This document shows, piece by piece, positions 1 through 10,900 of a stretch of DNA of 52,452 nt (position 1 is its first letter; each line of letters starts with the position of its first letter). The position numbers and the translations under genes were made by a program. The DNA is from Escherichia phage EcoM1, in the sequence record PQ818760.1. One strand, given 5' to 3'. Below the pieces are notes generated by a model. The model worked only from the letters and a program-made list of their open reading frames with translations. It did not search any database and had not been told where the DNA came from.

Positions 1-1395
1 CTATAGAGTTGAGACTTGTTCATTTGACAGCGCATTGTCCCAAATACGAAGGGACCGTACAGCAAACTCTGCCCTTGTAATGGCAGAAGATTTGGTCCAC
101 GTCGATAGTGTTGGCCGACGGTTGTTGGAATCTATGCCTGGAATACTGTGCCTGGCCACAAGAACACCGTCAACAAATATTCTTGCAGTGGTGTCTGCCA
201 CTGTTACACAAATTCTGGACCATTTCCCGACAGTTGCGACAGCAGGACTAATAACCTTGGGAGTGTTTACAAGGACTCCTGACGGGTTTCGGTATCGCAG
301 AATGACGCCACCGTCAAAACATACGAGAACCTTCAAGGTTTCCATACCAAAGCCAAATTGCCAGTTACCATCCGCACCATCTTGAACAATCTTCGTATAG
401 TCTACACATATCGTGTACCTGGAACCATTCGACAATTGCGTATTGTTGAACCAGTTTATACCCGCAGAACCAACATCAGGAGATACAAAAGCCAGTGCCC
501 CACCAAGAGCCTCATTGTAGGCAGGTTCTGTTGCAAACGTATTGAAAATTCCAGCGCCACGAAGAATGTTTACAGACTTAATAAGCGACATTTCATATGC
601 CGGAAGTTCAACAGCATATCTCGGCTCTTGTGCTGCCTTCACATCTGGGAAGTTTAGTTCCGTAACAATATTAGACTTGCTCGAAGCAGTACCAGTTTCC
701 GCATTCCCTGTGGAATTATTGATGCCGAGGTAGTAGCTCCCATTACGAAGATACAATCCACCGTCATTAACAATCTGTGCAGTCTTAGAATCATTTAAGT
801 ACACAGTCGTGAAGGTTACTTCACCAGTGTATGCCCCACCAGTTACAGGAACAGCACCAACTTGAGTTGCAGTAAGTTTGTGTGGATTGTTGTAATCCGT
901 TACGTGTGCTTGAACCATTGCACGATAGTTGGCAACAATCGAATCAAGTTCGGATTTGTCATATGCACCAATTTGTGCAGCAGTTACTTTGTGCGGGTTT
1001 GTGGTTACATCTGCAATGTGCGCATTGATTGCTGCAACAATTGAGTCGTAATTTGCACGAGAAACTTGAATGGAGCTTGGACTCCACTGTGCAGAGTTCT
1101 CACTTGGGCGTAGTGTTTTGCTAGGGTTGGTGACAGTACAAACATAAATCGTTTTGTTTGTTTCGTCCCAAGCCAAACTACCAACGCCATAACTTACATC
1201 ACTGCCCCACTCAAAGATTCCACGTTCCGCTTGAGCAAGCATAGTGGTGTCAATCTTGTATTGCAGGTAGTTAAGAACCTGGTAAGTTGGTATCTCTGCA
1301 ACCCAGCCCTTGAGATATTTTGCATCGCCTGGGTCACGTCTTGCGACAGAGTTGTTTGAGGTCCAGACTCGGTTCAGTTTAGGACGAATTGCCAT
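1..1395 (-). CDS. tail fiber protein (distal fiber gene)
   Basis: Ends with TAG at window positions 1-3; ATG at 1393-1395 overlaps the upstream stop by 1 nt (track ORF extends to a TTG at 1464). Two NPHK(V/L)TA.Q(I/V)GA fibre-repeat-like motifs; last gene of the baseplate/fiber cluster. Call from context and motif only. Confidence 0.5.
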   Translation of the reverse strand: MAIRPKLNRVWTSNNSVARRDPGDAKYLKGWVAEIPTYQVLNYLQYKIDTTMLAQAERGIFEWGSDVSYGVGSLAWDETNKTIYVCTVTNPSKTLRPSENSAQWSPSSIQVSRANYDSIVAAINAHIADVTTNPHKVTAAQIGAYDKSELDSIVANYRAMVQAHVTDYNNPHKLTATQVGAVPVTGGAYTGEVTFTTVYLNDSKTAQIVNDGGLYLRNGSYYLGINNSTGNAETGTASSKSNIVTELNFPDVKAAQEPRYAVELPAYEMSLIKSVNILRGAGIFNTFATEPAYNEALGGALAFVSPDVGSAGINWFNNTQLSNGSRYTICVDYTKIVQDGADGNWQFGFGMETLKVLVCFDGGVILRYRNPSGVLVNTPKVISPAVATVGKWSRICVTVADTTARIFVDGVLVARHSIPGIDSNNRRPTLSTWTKSSAITRAEFAVRSLRIWDNALSNEQVSTL

Positions 1396-2543
1396 TATGG
1401 CCTCACTAACATTGATTGTTGATATGCGGTAAGAGTTGGGTAACAGGTAATTCTCTCGACCCAAACAGCAGAGGTGAATCCCATGTTTGTCAGTAGGGTT
1501 TCCATTGAAGTGTATCCAGCAGACGGAGCCTTTATGGACCTTGCTGTGATAAGATTTCCACCAGCATCTCTTCCGTACATGACGATTGACGTTGGGCAGG
1601 CAACATCAAAACCTTCGAAGGTTATTGTGTTGTCATCAACTTTAATCCCACCTTTGGGGTGAAATATTGGAGCATCCGACGTATTGATGGTCCACCCACG
1701 AGTTGACATGGCATCGTTGATAGATGTTTTCATGTTCATGTCGAGGTATGGTTGAGGCAGTGCGAACCTGTTTCCCCATCGGATTTGAAATTCCCAGTAA
1801 TTCAGTTCGGTCATCACTGGATATTCTTCACCACCAACTATGCTCCACAGAACATTGCCGAGTGCATCAATGGATAGAATCCTGTTACCTTCGCGCATCT
1901 CAATTCTACCATTTCCTGGGTTCATTCGGATTGAGATGTTTGTTTTAAACTTCATCCCACCAAGCAGTGACACTGGTCCAGAGAACTTACCGCCAGATGT
2001 TGGCAGTGTACCAAGCTGTTGAGGAGTTTCTTGGTGAACACGTCCAGTTTGCAGCTTGTGGTATACAATAGTTCTTGGGTCTGTTTTACTCCCAAAGGCA
2101 TCATCAATGGCAGACTTGTTGTAAGTCTTGTTTACTATAGTATCTACAGTATCCTTGTGTGGGTTGGTTGCAGCCAAGTGCCCATCGTAAATGGACTTCA
2201 AGTTGCTAATGTCATTAAGGTAATCAACCTTCTTAAGATTAAGTACCTCTTCCCAACCTGTGGCAGTATTAACACGAATAACACCATTAAGGGAAGACAC
2301 TGCACCAACCTGGTAGGTCACACTGGAATCAAACTCGGCGATACCACTAAACAAGAGCGAGATAATCTTCAAGTCACTAATCTGCGACAAGAAGTTTTGC
2401 CACTCGTTAGGTGGCTTCTCAACTTCCCAACCTAAGTCGGCATATCTGTTTTCGATAAAACTTGGTGCAGAGGTGTCCAAGTCCGGGTCTTTAACTTCAC
2501 CATCTTGCGCCCAGGGAAAATTAAACTTAAGACGTTGTGTCAT
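1395..2543 (-). CDS. tail fiber protein (proximal fiber gene)
   Basis: 382 aa; ATG overlaps upstream stop at 2543; has an ATNPHKDT motif like the next gene; sits after the J-like and I-like baseplate genes. Confidence 0.45.
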   Translation of the reverse strand: MTQRLKFNFPWAQDGEVKDPDLDTSAPSFIENRYADLGWEVEKPPNEWQNFLSQISDLKIISLLFSGIAEFDSSVTYQVGAVSSLNGVIRVNTATGWEEVLNLKKVDYLNDISNLKSIYDGHLAATNPHKDTVDTIVNKTYNKSAIDDAFGSKTDPRTIVYHKLQTGRVHQETPQQLGTLPTSGGKFSGPVSLLGGMKFKTNISIRMNPGNGRIEMREGNRILSIDALGNVLWSIVGGEEYPVMTELNYWEFQIRWGNRFALPQPYLDMNMKTSINDAMSTRGWTINTSDAPIFHPKGGIKVDDNTITFEGFDVACPTSIVMYGRDAGGNLITARSIKAPSAGYTSMETLLTNMGFTSAVWVERITCYPTLTAYQQSMLVRP

Positions 2544-3184
2544 TATTTCTCCGGAGGATAATCTTTGGAACCATAAACCAAGGCAATATTACCTCCAGCA
2601 TCTCTGAGGGTAATCTTGACACCAACAGGTTTAAAGTTTGGAAGCATGTGCGCCATAAGAACTTTCTCAGGTACAGACAACATTTCATGAACAACATAAT
2701 CCATTGTCTGAAATCCTTCTATGATTTGAAGTTTCAGTTCCCTTCCCACAACCAACTCAATGTACATGATGATTTGTTCGATGGTGCAGTTGCCAGTTAT
2801 CTTAATGATTCGGGCACGTATTGCAGCCTTCAACTGTGCATCTGTTCGAACAAAGTCCCCAGAGTCCCTGTCGTAGTCTGATTTCAGAATACCACCAACA
2901 TTTGGGTTATTGTCATCACCAGCAGAGAATGCACCTGGGTTGGCATAGAAGCCAAAGTACCCAAGTGCTGCGGCACCATGTATTACGCGAGAAGCCCCTA
3001 CAAGATATGCAAGGTCGTCAACCATGATGCCGAATGAGTCTGCTAAGTATCTGTACTTGATTGAGTCAGCCATGGCCTTCTTAACTTCTGCAAACTCTTC
3101 CAAGAAGATGGAGATATATTTGCGTAAGTTTGGTGAAAGTGCATACTGCGAAAGCAGCATGTCTAAGCCATGTTTACCAGCCAT
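2543..3184 (-). CDS. baseplate protein, tail-protein-I-like
   Basis: 213 aa directly downstream of the J-like gene, the position of gpI-type proteins in P2/Mu-like baseplate clusters. Positional inference. Confidence 0.4.
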   Translation of the reverse strand: MAGKHGLDMLLSQYALSPNLRKYISIFLEEFAEVKKAMADSIKYRYLADSFGIMVDDLAYLVGASRVIHGAAALGYFGFYANPGAFSAGDDNNPNVGGILKSDYDRDSGDFVRTDAQLKAAIRARIIKITGNCTIEQIIMYIELVVGRELKLQIIEGFQTMDYVVHEMLSVPEKVLMAHMLPNFKPVGVKITLRDAGGNIALVYGSKDYPPEK

Positions 3185-3185
3185 A

Positions 3186-4343
3186 TTATACTGTCACATC
3201 TGTGTAAGTTATGTTTGCAGCAACGCCACGAGCACGCTTATCAATATCCAAATCAATGGTTGCTGTTCCAGATGGGCTTGGAGCAATACCAATAAATAAT
3301 GAATCAATTTCAAGCGACTGTGTTGCAGCCATGATTGGAGCAAACATGTTAGACCATACCACACTCTGACCTGGTTGCAGGGAGTTGAGGTAGTTAACAG
3401 TTGCTTCGGTTAACTGACGAATAGCATCGTTAGAACTCAGGTTGGCATTTGCACGGCGACGGAACGTACCTTTGACATAAATGTCTGTGTAAGTTGGTCG
3501 GCTGAAATGAATATCGTGCGGATAGCCTTTCGAGTCTGTAACAGTGATTGTGATATCGCCATGTGTCGGAACACCGCCAGTCTTGGCGTTGTAGATTCGA
3601 CGTGCAATATCATTGCTAGTGCCGCCATCAACTACAACAAATACAGTGCCCGAAGGCTGACTGCCAATAGGAGAGCCGGTATCATTATCACGAACACGAA
3701 TGTAATCAATATCGAGGTCAGCGAGTGAAGCATAGATTGCTTCGACTGTGGCTGTGCTACTGACTGCCGTAGTCCTTTCTCGACGTGCACGGAGTTGTGG
3801 GTCCGGTTCATAGTTAATACCAGTTTCTCCAGCTGTTTCGTTGTTGACAGAAGTCCAACCAGCAACAGGAGTTACGATTTTGTTGATGGAGTTTGGTGCG
3901 ATGTAATACTCGCCAGCTTCTTCTGCGATAACAGTTACGTCACCTGGAAGTGTTACGTCTGTATCAAGAGTGAAGCGCATGGTTCCGTCAGTTACAACAG
4001 AGCCAGCAGGTACAACAGTACCTGAATCACCACTGCACAAAACAGTTGCCTGTGAAGGCTTGTCAACATATCGAACAGTGTTTGTTAATTCGCAAATGTT
4101 GTCCAACCCAATACCAGATACAGCACCAGGACGGAAGGCGTTAAACACTTGTTCGGCCTGTTCCCAGCACGAGGCTATTTCGTCGGCCATGATTCCGATA
4201 TATTGCCCATCAGGAGATTCTGGACTTATGTCAAAGTTGGAACCAAATGCGGCAATAAATTTGTTATTGAGGTTAGCTACAACGTCGGCCACAGGCTTGC
4301 GAACAAAGCCATTCTCTGTTACGCCGTATTGGATTGTTGCCAT
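3186..4343 (-). CDS. baseplate J-like protein
   Basis: 385 aa, size and position between the W-like and I-like genes typical of baseplate J/gp6 family. Not confirmed by search. Confidence 0.5.
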   Translation of the reverse strand: MATIQYGVTENGFVRKPVADVVANLNNKFIAAFGSNFDISPESPDGQYIGIMADEIASCWEQAEQVFNAFRPGAVSGIGLDNICELTNTVRYVDKPSQATVLCSGDSGTVVPAGSVVTDGTMRFTLDTDVTLPGDVTVIAEEAGEYYIAPNSINKIVTPVAGWTSVNNETAGETGINYEPDPQLRARRERTTAVSSTATVEAIYASLADLDIDYIRVRDNDTGSPIGSQPSGTVFVVVDGGTSNDIARRIYNAKTGGVPTHGDITITVTDSKGYPHDIHFSRPTYTDIYVKGTFRRRANANLSSNDAIRQLTEATVNYLNSLQPGQSVVWSNMFAPIMAATQSLEIDSLFIGIAPSPSGTATIDLDIDKRARGVAANITYTDVTV

Positions 4344-4690
4344 GTTAAGAATTCCGTAATGTTGCCATAATCAGACAATGCAGTGAAGGAGATTCCAAGT
4401 TTTCTGTCTCGATAGTCTGCATCAATATCTATGGAAAGCAGTTGCTGAACACCAGCAGTCCCTCGGATGATGTTGGCTATTGCTGCCTCAATATCCGAAG
4501 GGCGAACTTGCTTGGTAAAGATTGCTTCGAACCACGGTAAGCCCAACGAATTGTCGAGCTTCCATTCGCCGAATATTGTCAGCAACCTGCACTTAACCAA
4601 TTGAGCAACTTGAGCAGCACCTGAAATACGGGTTGTTCCACGCCCAATAATAATGTCGTGGTTTGAATCAAGAGCTAAATTTCCAGCCAT
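4319..4690 (-). CDS. baseplate wedge protein, gpW/gp25-like
   Basis: 123 aa between spike-like and J-like genes; size and order typical of gpW/gp25. Confidence 0.45.
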   Translation of the reverse strand: MAGNLALDSNHDIIIGRGTTRISGAAQVAQLVKCRLLTIFGEWKLDNSLGLPWFEAIFTKQVRPSDIEAAIANIIRGTAGVQQLLSIDIDADYRDRKLGISFTALSDYGNITEFLTWQQSNTA

Positions 4691-5505
4691 TATTTCATCG
4701 GCCCAACATCGCCGCCTTCTGGGTTAGTGTGAGTGTGACCATCAACCTTAATGCCATTAAGAGTGAGGGAACCAGTTTGAACCATGTTACCATCCATCTT
4801 AAAGCTGCCAGTGAACGTTGCAGTGGAGCCATCTTTAGTGCCAGATACAGCCATACCACCCATCACTGTTAAGGATTTTGTAACGGTCGTGTCGCCATCC
4901 AATGTAATCTGCGGCGCTTTAACTGTAGCTTGCGACGTAACTTCAACAAGAATCTCCGAATCTTTTGCGATTTGAATCTTCGCAGCGCCAGTAATGATTT
5001 CAATTAAACCGTCGCCGTGCAGTGTCAGTCTTTGGCTTCTGTCTGCATTGCGCAGTTCTGCTACTCCACCATTAAATCCTGGAATAACTTTGGTCAAAGG
5101 TTGAGTCCCAATAGTACATACAGCAGCATTGTGGGAAAACAATTGGCTAAACTCAGGAGCAGGACGCCCATTTATTAAGCCAGCGCTGTCTTTGTTCTGT
5201 GACAACCAATGGTCTATTCCTCGTTGTGAGAAATGAACATAGCATGGCGTACCATCGGGAACAGGGTGGGTTAAACTCCAGCCACCACCCTGAATAAACT
5301 GTACAGGAACACCCTGCAACCTTTGTTTAGGCTGCAAGGTATAGGCTTCGGCATAACCCACAAACAGGTTTTCGATTGCAAGCTGGACTTCACACGTTTG
5401 TGTTTTGTCATCGAAGTTGTAGATGTGTCCTGGATAACTTGTGTTAATGTCAGGAGCATTTTGGTTATTGTTATGACTAGCCACGTTCAAGTACACTCTC
5501 GTCAA
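4690..5505 (-). CDS. baseplate central spike protein, gpV-like
   Basis: 271 aa with C-terminal KVDGHTHTNPEGG His-rich tip reminiscent of metal-binding spike apex domains; located before the W-like gene. Confidence 0.45.
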   Translation of the reverse strand: MTRVYLNVASHNNNQNAPDINTSYPGHIYNFDDKTQTCEVQLAIENLFVGYAEAYTLQPKQRLQGVPVQFIQGGGWSLTHPVPDGTPCYVHFSQRGIDHWLSQNKDSAGLINGRPAPEFSQLFSHNAAVCTIGTQPLTKVIPGFNGGVAELRNADRSQRLTLHGDGLIEIITGAAKIQIAKDSEILVEVTSQATVKAPQITLDGDTTVTKSLTVMGGMAVSGTKDGSTATFTGSFKMDGNMVQTGSLTLNGIKVDGHTHTNPEGGDVGPMK

Positions 5506-5839
5506 TAATGAACAGGTAGAGTTGTCTGTAGCTTGTTACTTCTTCACCAGGGAATACTGTGTTAGCTGCATACATGTTTGGTAGCGGAGTTTTGTACTGC
5601 TTAAGGATATTAATTCCACATCGAATTGGGATGCCGAATATCTTATCCGTTGCTCCCCAAGCCAAGTCAAACATGTAGCAGTTTAAGTATTCGTTTAAAT
5701 ACAGTGCAGACATTTTAACTGTCACACCATTAAATTCAAACGAAACATCCTTACTTATATTGTAAGGAACACTCTTCACATATCCGGTAGGCAGAAGTTC
5801 AGCAATCTGTTTTAGAGCTTGATGTTCCTGCTCAATCAT
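5477..5839 (-). CDS. tail/baseplate assembly protein
   Basis: 120 aa in the translationally coupled baseplate cluster; no recognisable motif. Confidence 0.3.
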   Translation of the reverse strand: MIEQEHQALKQIAELLPTGYVKSVPYNISKDVSFEFNGVTVKMSALYLNEYLNCYMFDLAWGATDKIFGIPIRCGINILKQYKTPLPNMYAANTVFPGEEVTSYRQLYLFIIDESVLERG

Positions 5840-6723
5840 AGGATACGTCCCTTGATAGAAGAAAGCGGAGAAGCAAGTTTACTCAACTTACCTTTCAAGT
5901 TGGATAACTGTTTGGTTGGAGGAGTGCCAAGAGCACCGAGTCCTGGGAGTGGAACACCTCCAAGAACACCCATACCCAAACTTTGAGCAACCTTCGCAAA
6001 TTCAGAATAATCAGACATTGATTCCATTGCCTTACGAGCTTCACTGGCAAGAACATCTTCACCTACTGTCTGCAATTCTTCAAATAAGATTTCAACTGAC
6101 AACATTGCAGAAGTCATCTTATCATGTTTGGTTTTGATTGAGGTTACTACACAATTCAAATAAGGCCCAAGAATGGTGGAAATGTATAACTTCTGCCCCG
6201 TAACACGGAAGCTGTTAAACAAATCGTAGGTAGACTGGATTCGGTTGCTTGTTTCAAATGCAGAAGCAACGCCACCAGCAATTCCACCAAGGATTGGGAT
6301 GATTGGGCTATTGAAGATTGCGCCAGAAGCAACAGATAAGCCTTGTACAGATGCAGACCACATGGAGGAGTTCTGCATGTTGACAGCAACGGCAGTCAGC
6401 TTAAGCACCCTGTTCTGATTAATAACATGGTCACTAACCATGAAGCCAGAACTAACAGGGAACTTGGTTACGGTTGTTTCAGACGCATGTTCTTCACTAA
6501 CCATCGCATCAAATTTAAAAGAGTTAAAACTTTCGGTGGCAGCTTCACCAACAACAGGCAAGCTCTCAAGCGATTTCGCAAATCCACCAAACAGTCCAGA
6601 TTCCTCTTCCTTCTGAGATGCAGGTCCGTTGGACCACATAACAATAGATGGATGATGCCCGTAGCTGAAATTCTTCAAGCCTTTGGACACACCACCAATG
6701 AGGTCGGTATCAAAGATAGACAT
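5836..6723 (-). CDS. tail/baseplate hub-associated protein
   Basis: 295 aa, ATGA overlap with next gene; between tape measure and spike genes. Confidence 0.3.
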   Translation of the reverse strand: MSIFDTDLIGGVSKGLKNFSYGHHPSIVMWSNGPASQKEEESGLFGGFAKSLESLPVVGEAATESFNSFKFDAMVSEEHASETTVTKFPVSSGFMVSDHVINQNRVLKLTAVAVNMQNSSMWSASVQGLSVASGAIFNSPIIPILGGIAGGVASAFETSNRIQSTYDLFNSFRVTGQKLYISTILGPYLNCVVTSIKTKHDKMTSAMLSVEILFEELQTVGEDVLASEARKAMESMSDYSEFAKVAQSLGMGVLGGVPLPGLGALGTPPTKQLSNLKGKLSKLASPLSSIKGRIL

Positions 6724-7832
6724 TAAAATGACTCCATTGCCATTCCACTGTTAGCATACATTTCCTGCCACGCAGCTTCCTTACCACCCATCATTGTATT
6801 ACCACCCAATATTGCAGTGATTGATGTTTGATAAATGGTTGAGTGAGTCGAACCTTTATGCACAACTTCCATGATGAAGTATTTGTCTTCAACAGCCCAC
6901 CGGAATACAGATTGGTCTGTGTTAAGAACAATGCCTTCCCCTGAAACAGAGGTTACACCATTGGCAAGCAGTTCGTCTCCCAGCAAAGGAGATACATCAA
7001 GAATCATCCCTGGTTGGAAAGATGGGTTTAGGAATGTGTTTAAAGTATAGGTGCAGATTCCAGCAACAGGATTTCCAATAACTGAGTTGGCATCCAGCTT
7101 AACTGGCTCTCTGTCTTTGGACATTCTGTTTACTGCATCTTTATCACCAAAAGTGTCTGGGAATATTTGAACTTCACCAGTTGTAACAGTGTATAGCAAA
7201 TTATATTCGCCAAGCATGTTACGAAATTCATTCAAGAATGTGTCGTGAAACACACGCCCACGAGGCATTACTGTTTCAAGGACTGAATCTTCAACACCAA
7301 ATGTGGAGATGGTATTGAATCCATAGTCAGAACACATTGAGCGCATTGCATCAATGAGCTTGGTTCCAGGCTTGATTGCTGTCAGCTGTTTGAAATCAGT
7401 TGATGCACCATATGCCTTAGAAATACAGAACAATTGTGTTACGTGTTCAGGAGGCTTTCTGTAGCCAACTGCGTTTGTGATAATGCCAGAGAAGATGGTT
7501 GGCAGCGAGGTGGACACTGTTACGCGGTCACTCTGTTCAGCCTTTTGACCAAACTTCTTAACACCACCACTAGAAGTCCCGCCACCAGAATCGGAGCGTT
7601 CATCTTCTGCATACCCTGCACGAATTTCAATATACATATCTCCGTAGGACTTGTCTTGGAGGAACTTAACTTCTTCTAACGACAAGTTAAACAGAGTTAT
7701 GTTTGCTGTATCGGCGGGCCACCCAACAGTAGAACGGACTTCAAAATCAATACGATGTGATTTAAATACCGTCCGAATGCTTGGGTCTTCTTTACGTGAA
7801 ACTATTACTTCAACTCTGCGTAGCCACGGCAT
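6723..7832 (-). CDS. tail protein (hub or DNA-circulation-like)
   Basis: 369 aa, first gene after the tape measure gene; preceded by a promoter-like element and a terminator-like hairpin. Confidence 0.3.
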   Translation of the reverse strand: MPWLRRVEVIVSRKEDPSIRTVFKSHRIDFEVRSTVGWPADTANITLFNLSLEEVKFLQDKSYGDMYIEIRAGYAEDERSDSGGGTSSGGVKKFGQKAEQSDRVTVSTSLPTIFSGIITNAVGYRKPPEHVTQLFCISKAYGASTDFKQLTAIKPGTKLIDAMRSMCSDYGFNTISTFGVEDSVLETVMPRGRVFHDTFLNEFRNMLGEYNLLYTVTTGEVQIFPDTFGDKDAVNRMSKDREPVKLDANSVIGNPVAGICTYTLNTFLNPSFQPGMILDVSPLLGDELLANGVTSVSGEGIVLNTDQSVFRWAVEDKYFIMEVVHKGSTHSTIYQTSITAILGGNTMMGGKEAAWQEMYANSGMAMESF

Positions 7833-7857
7833 TGCGATATACCTATTGAAATTAATA

Positions 7858-7874
7858 CATATTCAACTAATGTA
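7858..7874 (-). promoter_or_regulatory. phage promoter-like element (variant copy)
   Basis: + strand catattcaactaatgta, a variant of the recurrent cacatccaactaatg element; ends 26 nt upstream of the ATG at 7832. Confidence 0.35.
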
Positions 7875-7884
7875 AAGGAAAGCT

Positions 7885-7898
7885 GGGGATTTCTCCCC
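7885..7898 (-). terminator. terminator-like hairpin after tape measure gene
   Basis: GGGGA-tttc-TCCCC stem-loop 7 nt after the TMP stop (7905-7907); on the minus strand it is followed by a T-rich tract. Confidence 0.4.
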
Positions 7899-7904
7899 AA
7901 CTCC

Positions 7905-10900
7905 TTATCTTCTTTGTTGCGCACCGTTGTTCATGTTCATCTGTTGAGTCACAGTCTGACCACCAGGAATTGCCACTGTAGCAGAAGCAGTCTGGTTGTT
8001 GACCTTAGCATCAATCTTAACATTAACAACAGTTTGGGTTTGACCGTATGACATTCCATTACGAGTAAACCCTGTAGCACCTTCTTCCAAAGACTGAGAA
8101 GACTTGGACCATTCACGGAATGCTTTGACGCGATTCTGTGCTTGCACGGGAACAGCAGTTAGCCAATCCAACCCATTCTTATCAACAGCTTTGTCAACAG
8201 TGCCAGGACCATCGGTGTAAGCAGCCATTGCCTTTTCGTGGTCGCCATAACGCTTGTACATTGCGTCATAATATTCACGACCAACTCGCGCATCATCTTC
8301 TGGAGTTCCATCAGACGGCTTGATTCCAAATCCTGGGTCACGGGCAGTCGAAGGAAGAATTTGCATTATTCCACGAGCACCAGTGCGACTTGTTACACGA
8401 GAACCATCTTTATTGTATTCACGACCACCGGATTCTTCCTGAGCGATAAAGTCATAAACACTTCCAGCAAACTCACGGGCCTGATTGTATCCAGTACGAG
8501 CACCGTCAAGTGCAGCACTTCCGGCTTCGAAGATTGGAGCACCATTAGATAGGACACTTTGTGGCACGTTGTAGCTAGGCAGCACGCGTGCGCGGCTCCC
8601 CTGCAACATTTCTGACTGAGCCATACCTTCGGCAAAGTCAGAGTTTCTACCCGCTTCTACCACCGAACCAGCTTGCTCATGGCTGTATTCCGTGCGGTCG
8701 TAGGCTCGCGCCATCCCATTCAGGCCAGCCATTTCGGCAGCACCTGCGATACGGGCCTGACTCCAGCCACGCTCCTTGCCCCTTTCCTGCATGATGCGAG
8801 CCAGGGCCACAGGGTCGCCGCCTGTCGCACGAATATCACCTATGGTGAGCAATCCCCTACTGCCGCGAACGATGTTCACAGCGGCGCTGGGGTCGCCGTT
8901 AAGCATGGTGTTGTAGGCACTATGTGTGGTTTGATTCAGACGTGCCGCTTGTTGTGAATTGAGTCCTAACATCTCCAAGCCTTGCGACATGGAAGAATAT
9001 TCATTAGGATTCATAACACCAGCATCAAGCGAGTTGCCGATAAAGTCATTCATGTATTCAGCAGCTTCATTGCCAATCTGAATAGCACCAATGCCTACAG
9101 CAGCCATACGTCCCGCAGGAGTTGCCATCAATGCTTGCATAACTCCGTTGGTTGCTGAACCAATACTGCCGCCAGCAATACCAGCAGCTAATGAACCACC
9201 CATGCGACCGTAGTCATCATAGTAGTTGCCACCACTTGTAAAGTTACCGCCACGACCACCGCCACCGCCAGAATATCCACCGCCATTGGCAGCATCAAAT
9301 CTTTCGCGGTCCCAACCCATTGAGTCGGCTTTGCCATTAAAGTCTGCGTCTGCACCAATACCCTTCTGCCTGTTTTCTTCCTGAGCAGCAAGGATACCTT
9401 TCTTAACAGACAATGCCATCGAGTCATTTCCAGTATCACCGTTTCCTGTGGTTGCTGGAAAGTTTTGCTCGTGCATTACAAAGTTTGGCTGGTAGTCAGA
9501 GTAAGATGCCGTTGGGTTGTACGAAGAGCGTGAACCAATGAATGGGTCTTCTGGAGTTCCAGCAACGGCAGAATAGCCACGAGTGGACCTTTGACGAATA
9601 TCTTTCCAGATTCCATCACCAGTCATTGCACTTCTTGCACCAGAAATCAGTTCTTCACGGTCTAGCCCAGCATTGTTTCTAACAAACTCTCGCCCAGCAT
9701 CAAGACGGCCAAGCACAGAATCAAGACGATTTCGGTTTCTCTCGTACCATCCTTCGTCCTTCTCAATCCATTGTGAACGTGTTTCGTCGTTGATGGTTTG
9801 TGAGAACAAAGCACGAGAACGGCCAGAAACGTGCATACCAAATTGAATTTGGTCCATGTAATCTGGATGGTCGCCTTTAAGAAGGTCGGCAAACTTACCA
9901 GCCCTTTGCGGATTCTTGTGCTCCCAAATGGCATCATCGCCAATAAGGCCATCAGGAGAATACATGAAGGCGGGATAGTTGTCATTTGTTATAGCGCCAG
10001 TTTGTTTGATATCGAATCCAAATTCCTTACCAACACGAGCGCGTGCTTCTTCTTCCGTCCTGTGACCATCAGCGAACATCTTTTTGGTGAAATCGCTGTG
10101 CTCTTTACTACGAGATAAACCAATCTTGTCAATCATTCCCGCCCAAGGTCGGGTATACGGGTTGTTTCCTAAGAAGGTTCCAACAGTTGAGCCAGTTATG
10201 TCATAATTTTTACGGAAGTCTAGCCACTCTTGGCTACCCTGTTCTAAGTCATGGAATCTGACGGGAGACTCGGAACGTCCTGTACCATAGTCGGATACAT
10301 CACGGAATCCAGCACTATCCATGTTTGCAATCGCAATTTCCTCACGACGCATTCTTGCAGAGTTCCAATTAGTGGCCTCTCCAAGTTGTGCTGTAAATTC
10401 TGTAGATGTTGATTGCGAATCTTTTTCGACTCGCTGTGATGCTCCCTTCATCTTTGGAATGCGAACAGGTTCGGCATCCATTTTGTCATAAGTGTTTTCG
10501 AGAATAGCTCGAACACTCGATGCAGAATAAGCTGGTTCATCTGCAAGTTCAGAACGAAGGTTTTCATACCCGCTTCTGGCTTCTTCCAAATCTGTATAGC
10601 GAGTTGCGCTATCCATAATCATGTCACGGTCAGATACTTCGTGACGAGTATTCATCATCCCTTTGGAGCCAGAATAAACTTTGGCAGCAGATTTAACAGC
10701 TTCACTAATGGAAGAATACAAAGCCTTGCTTGGTTCGCTCCAACCTGTGCCACCAGTTAATGATGCAGTGAGGGAGTATTCTGGATTTATGCCGGAACCA
10801 TAAGAACCAAGTGGGAGTCCAGATGCGTTAAGAGGTGCACGAGGATGTGCAATGCCAGAAACAATTGAAGGAGAACCAATCTGAGGAAGTGCATCCATGT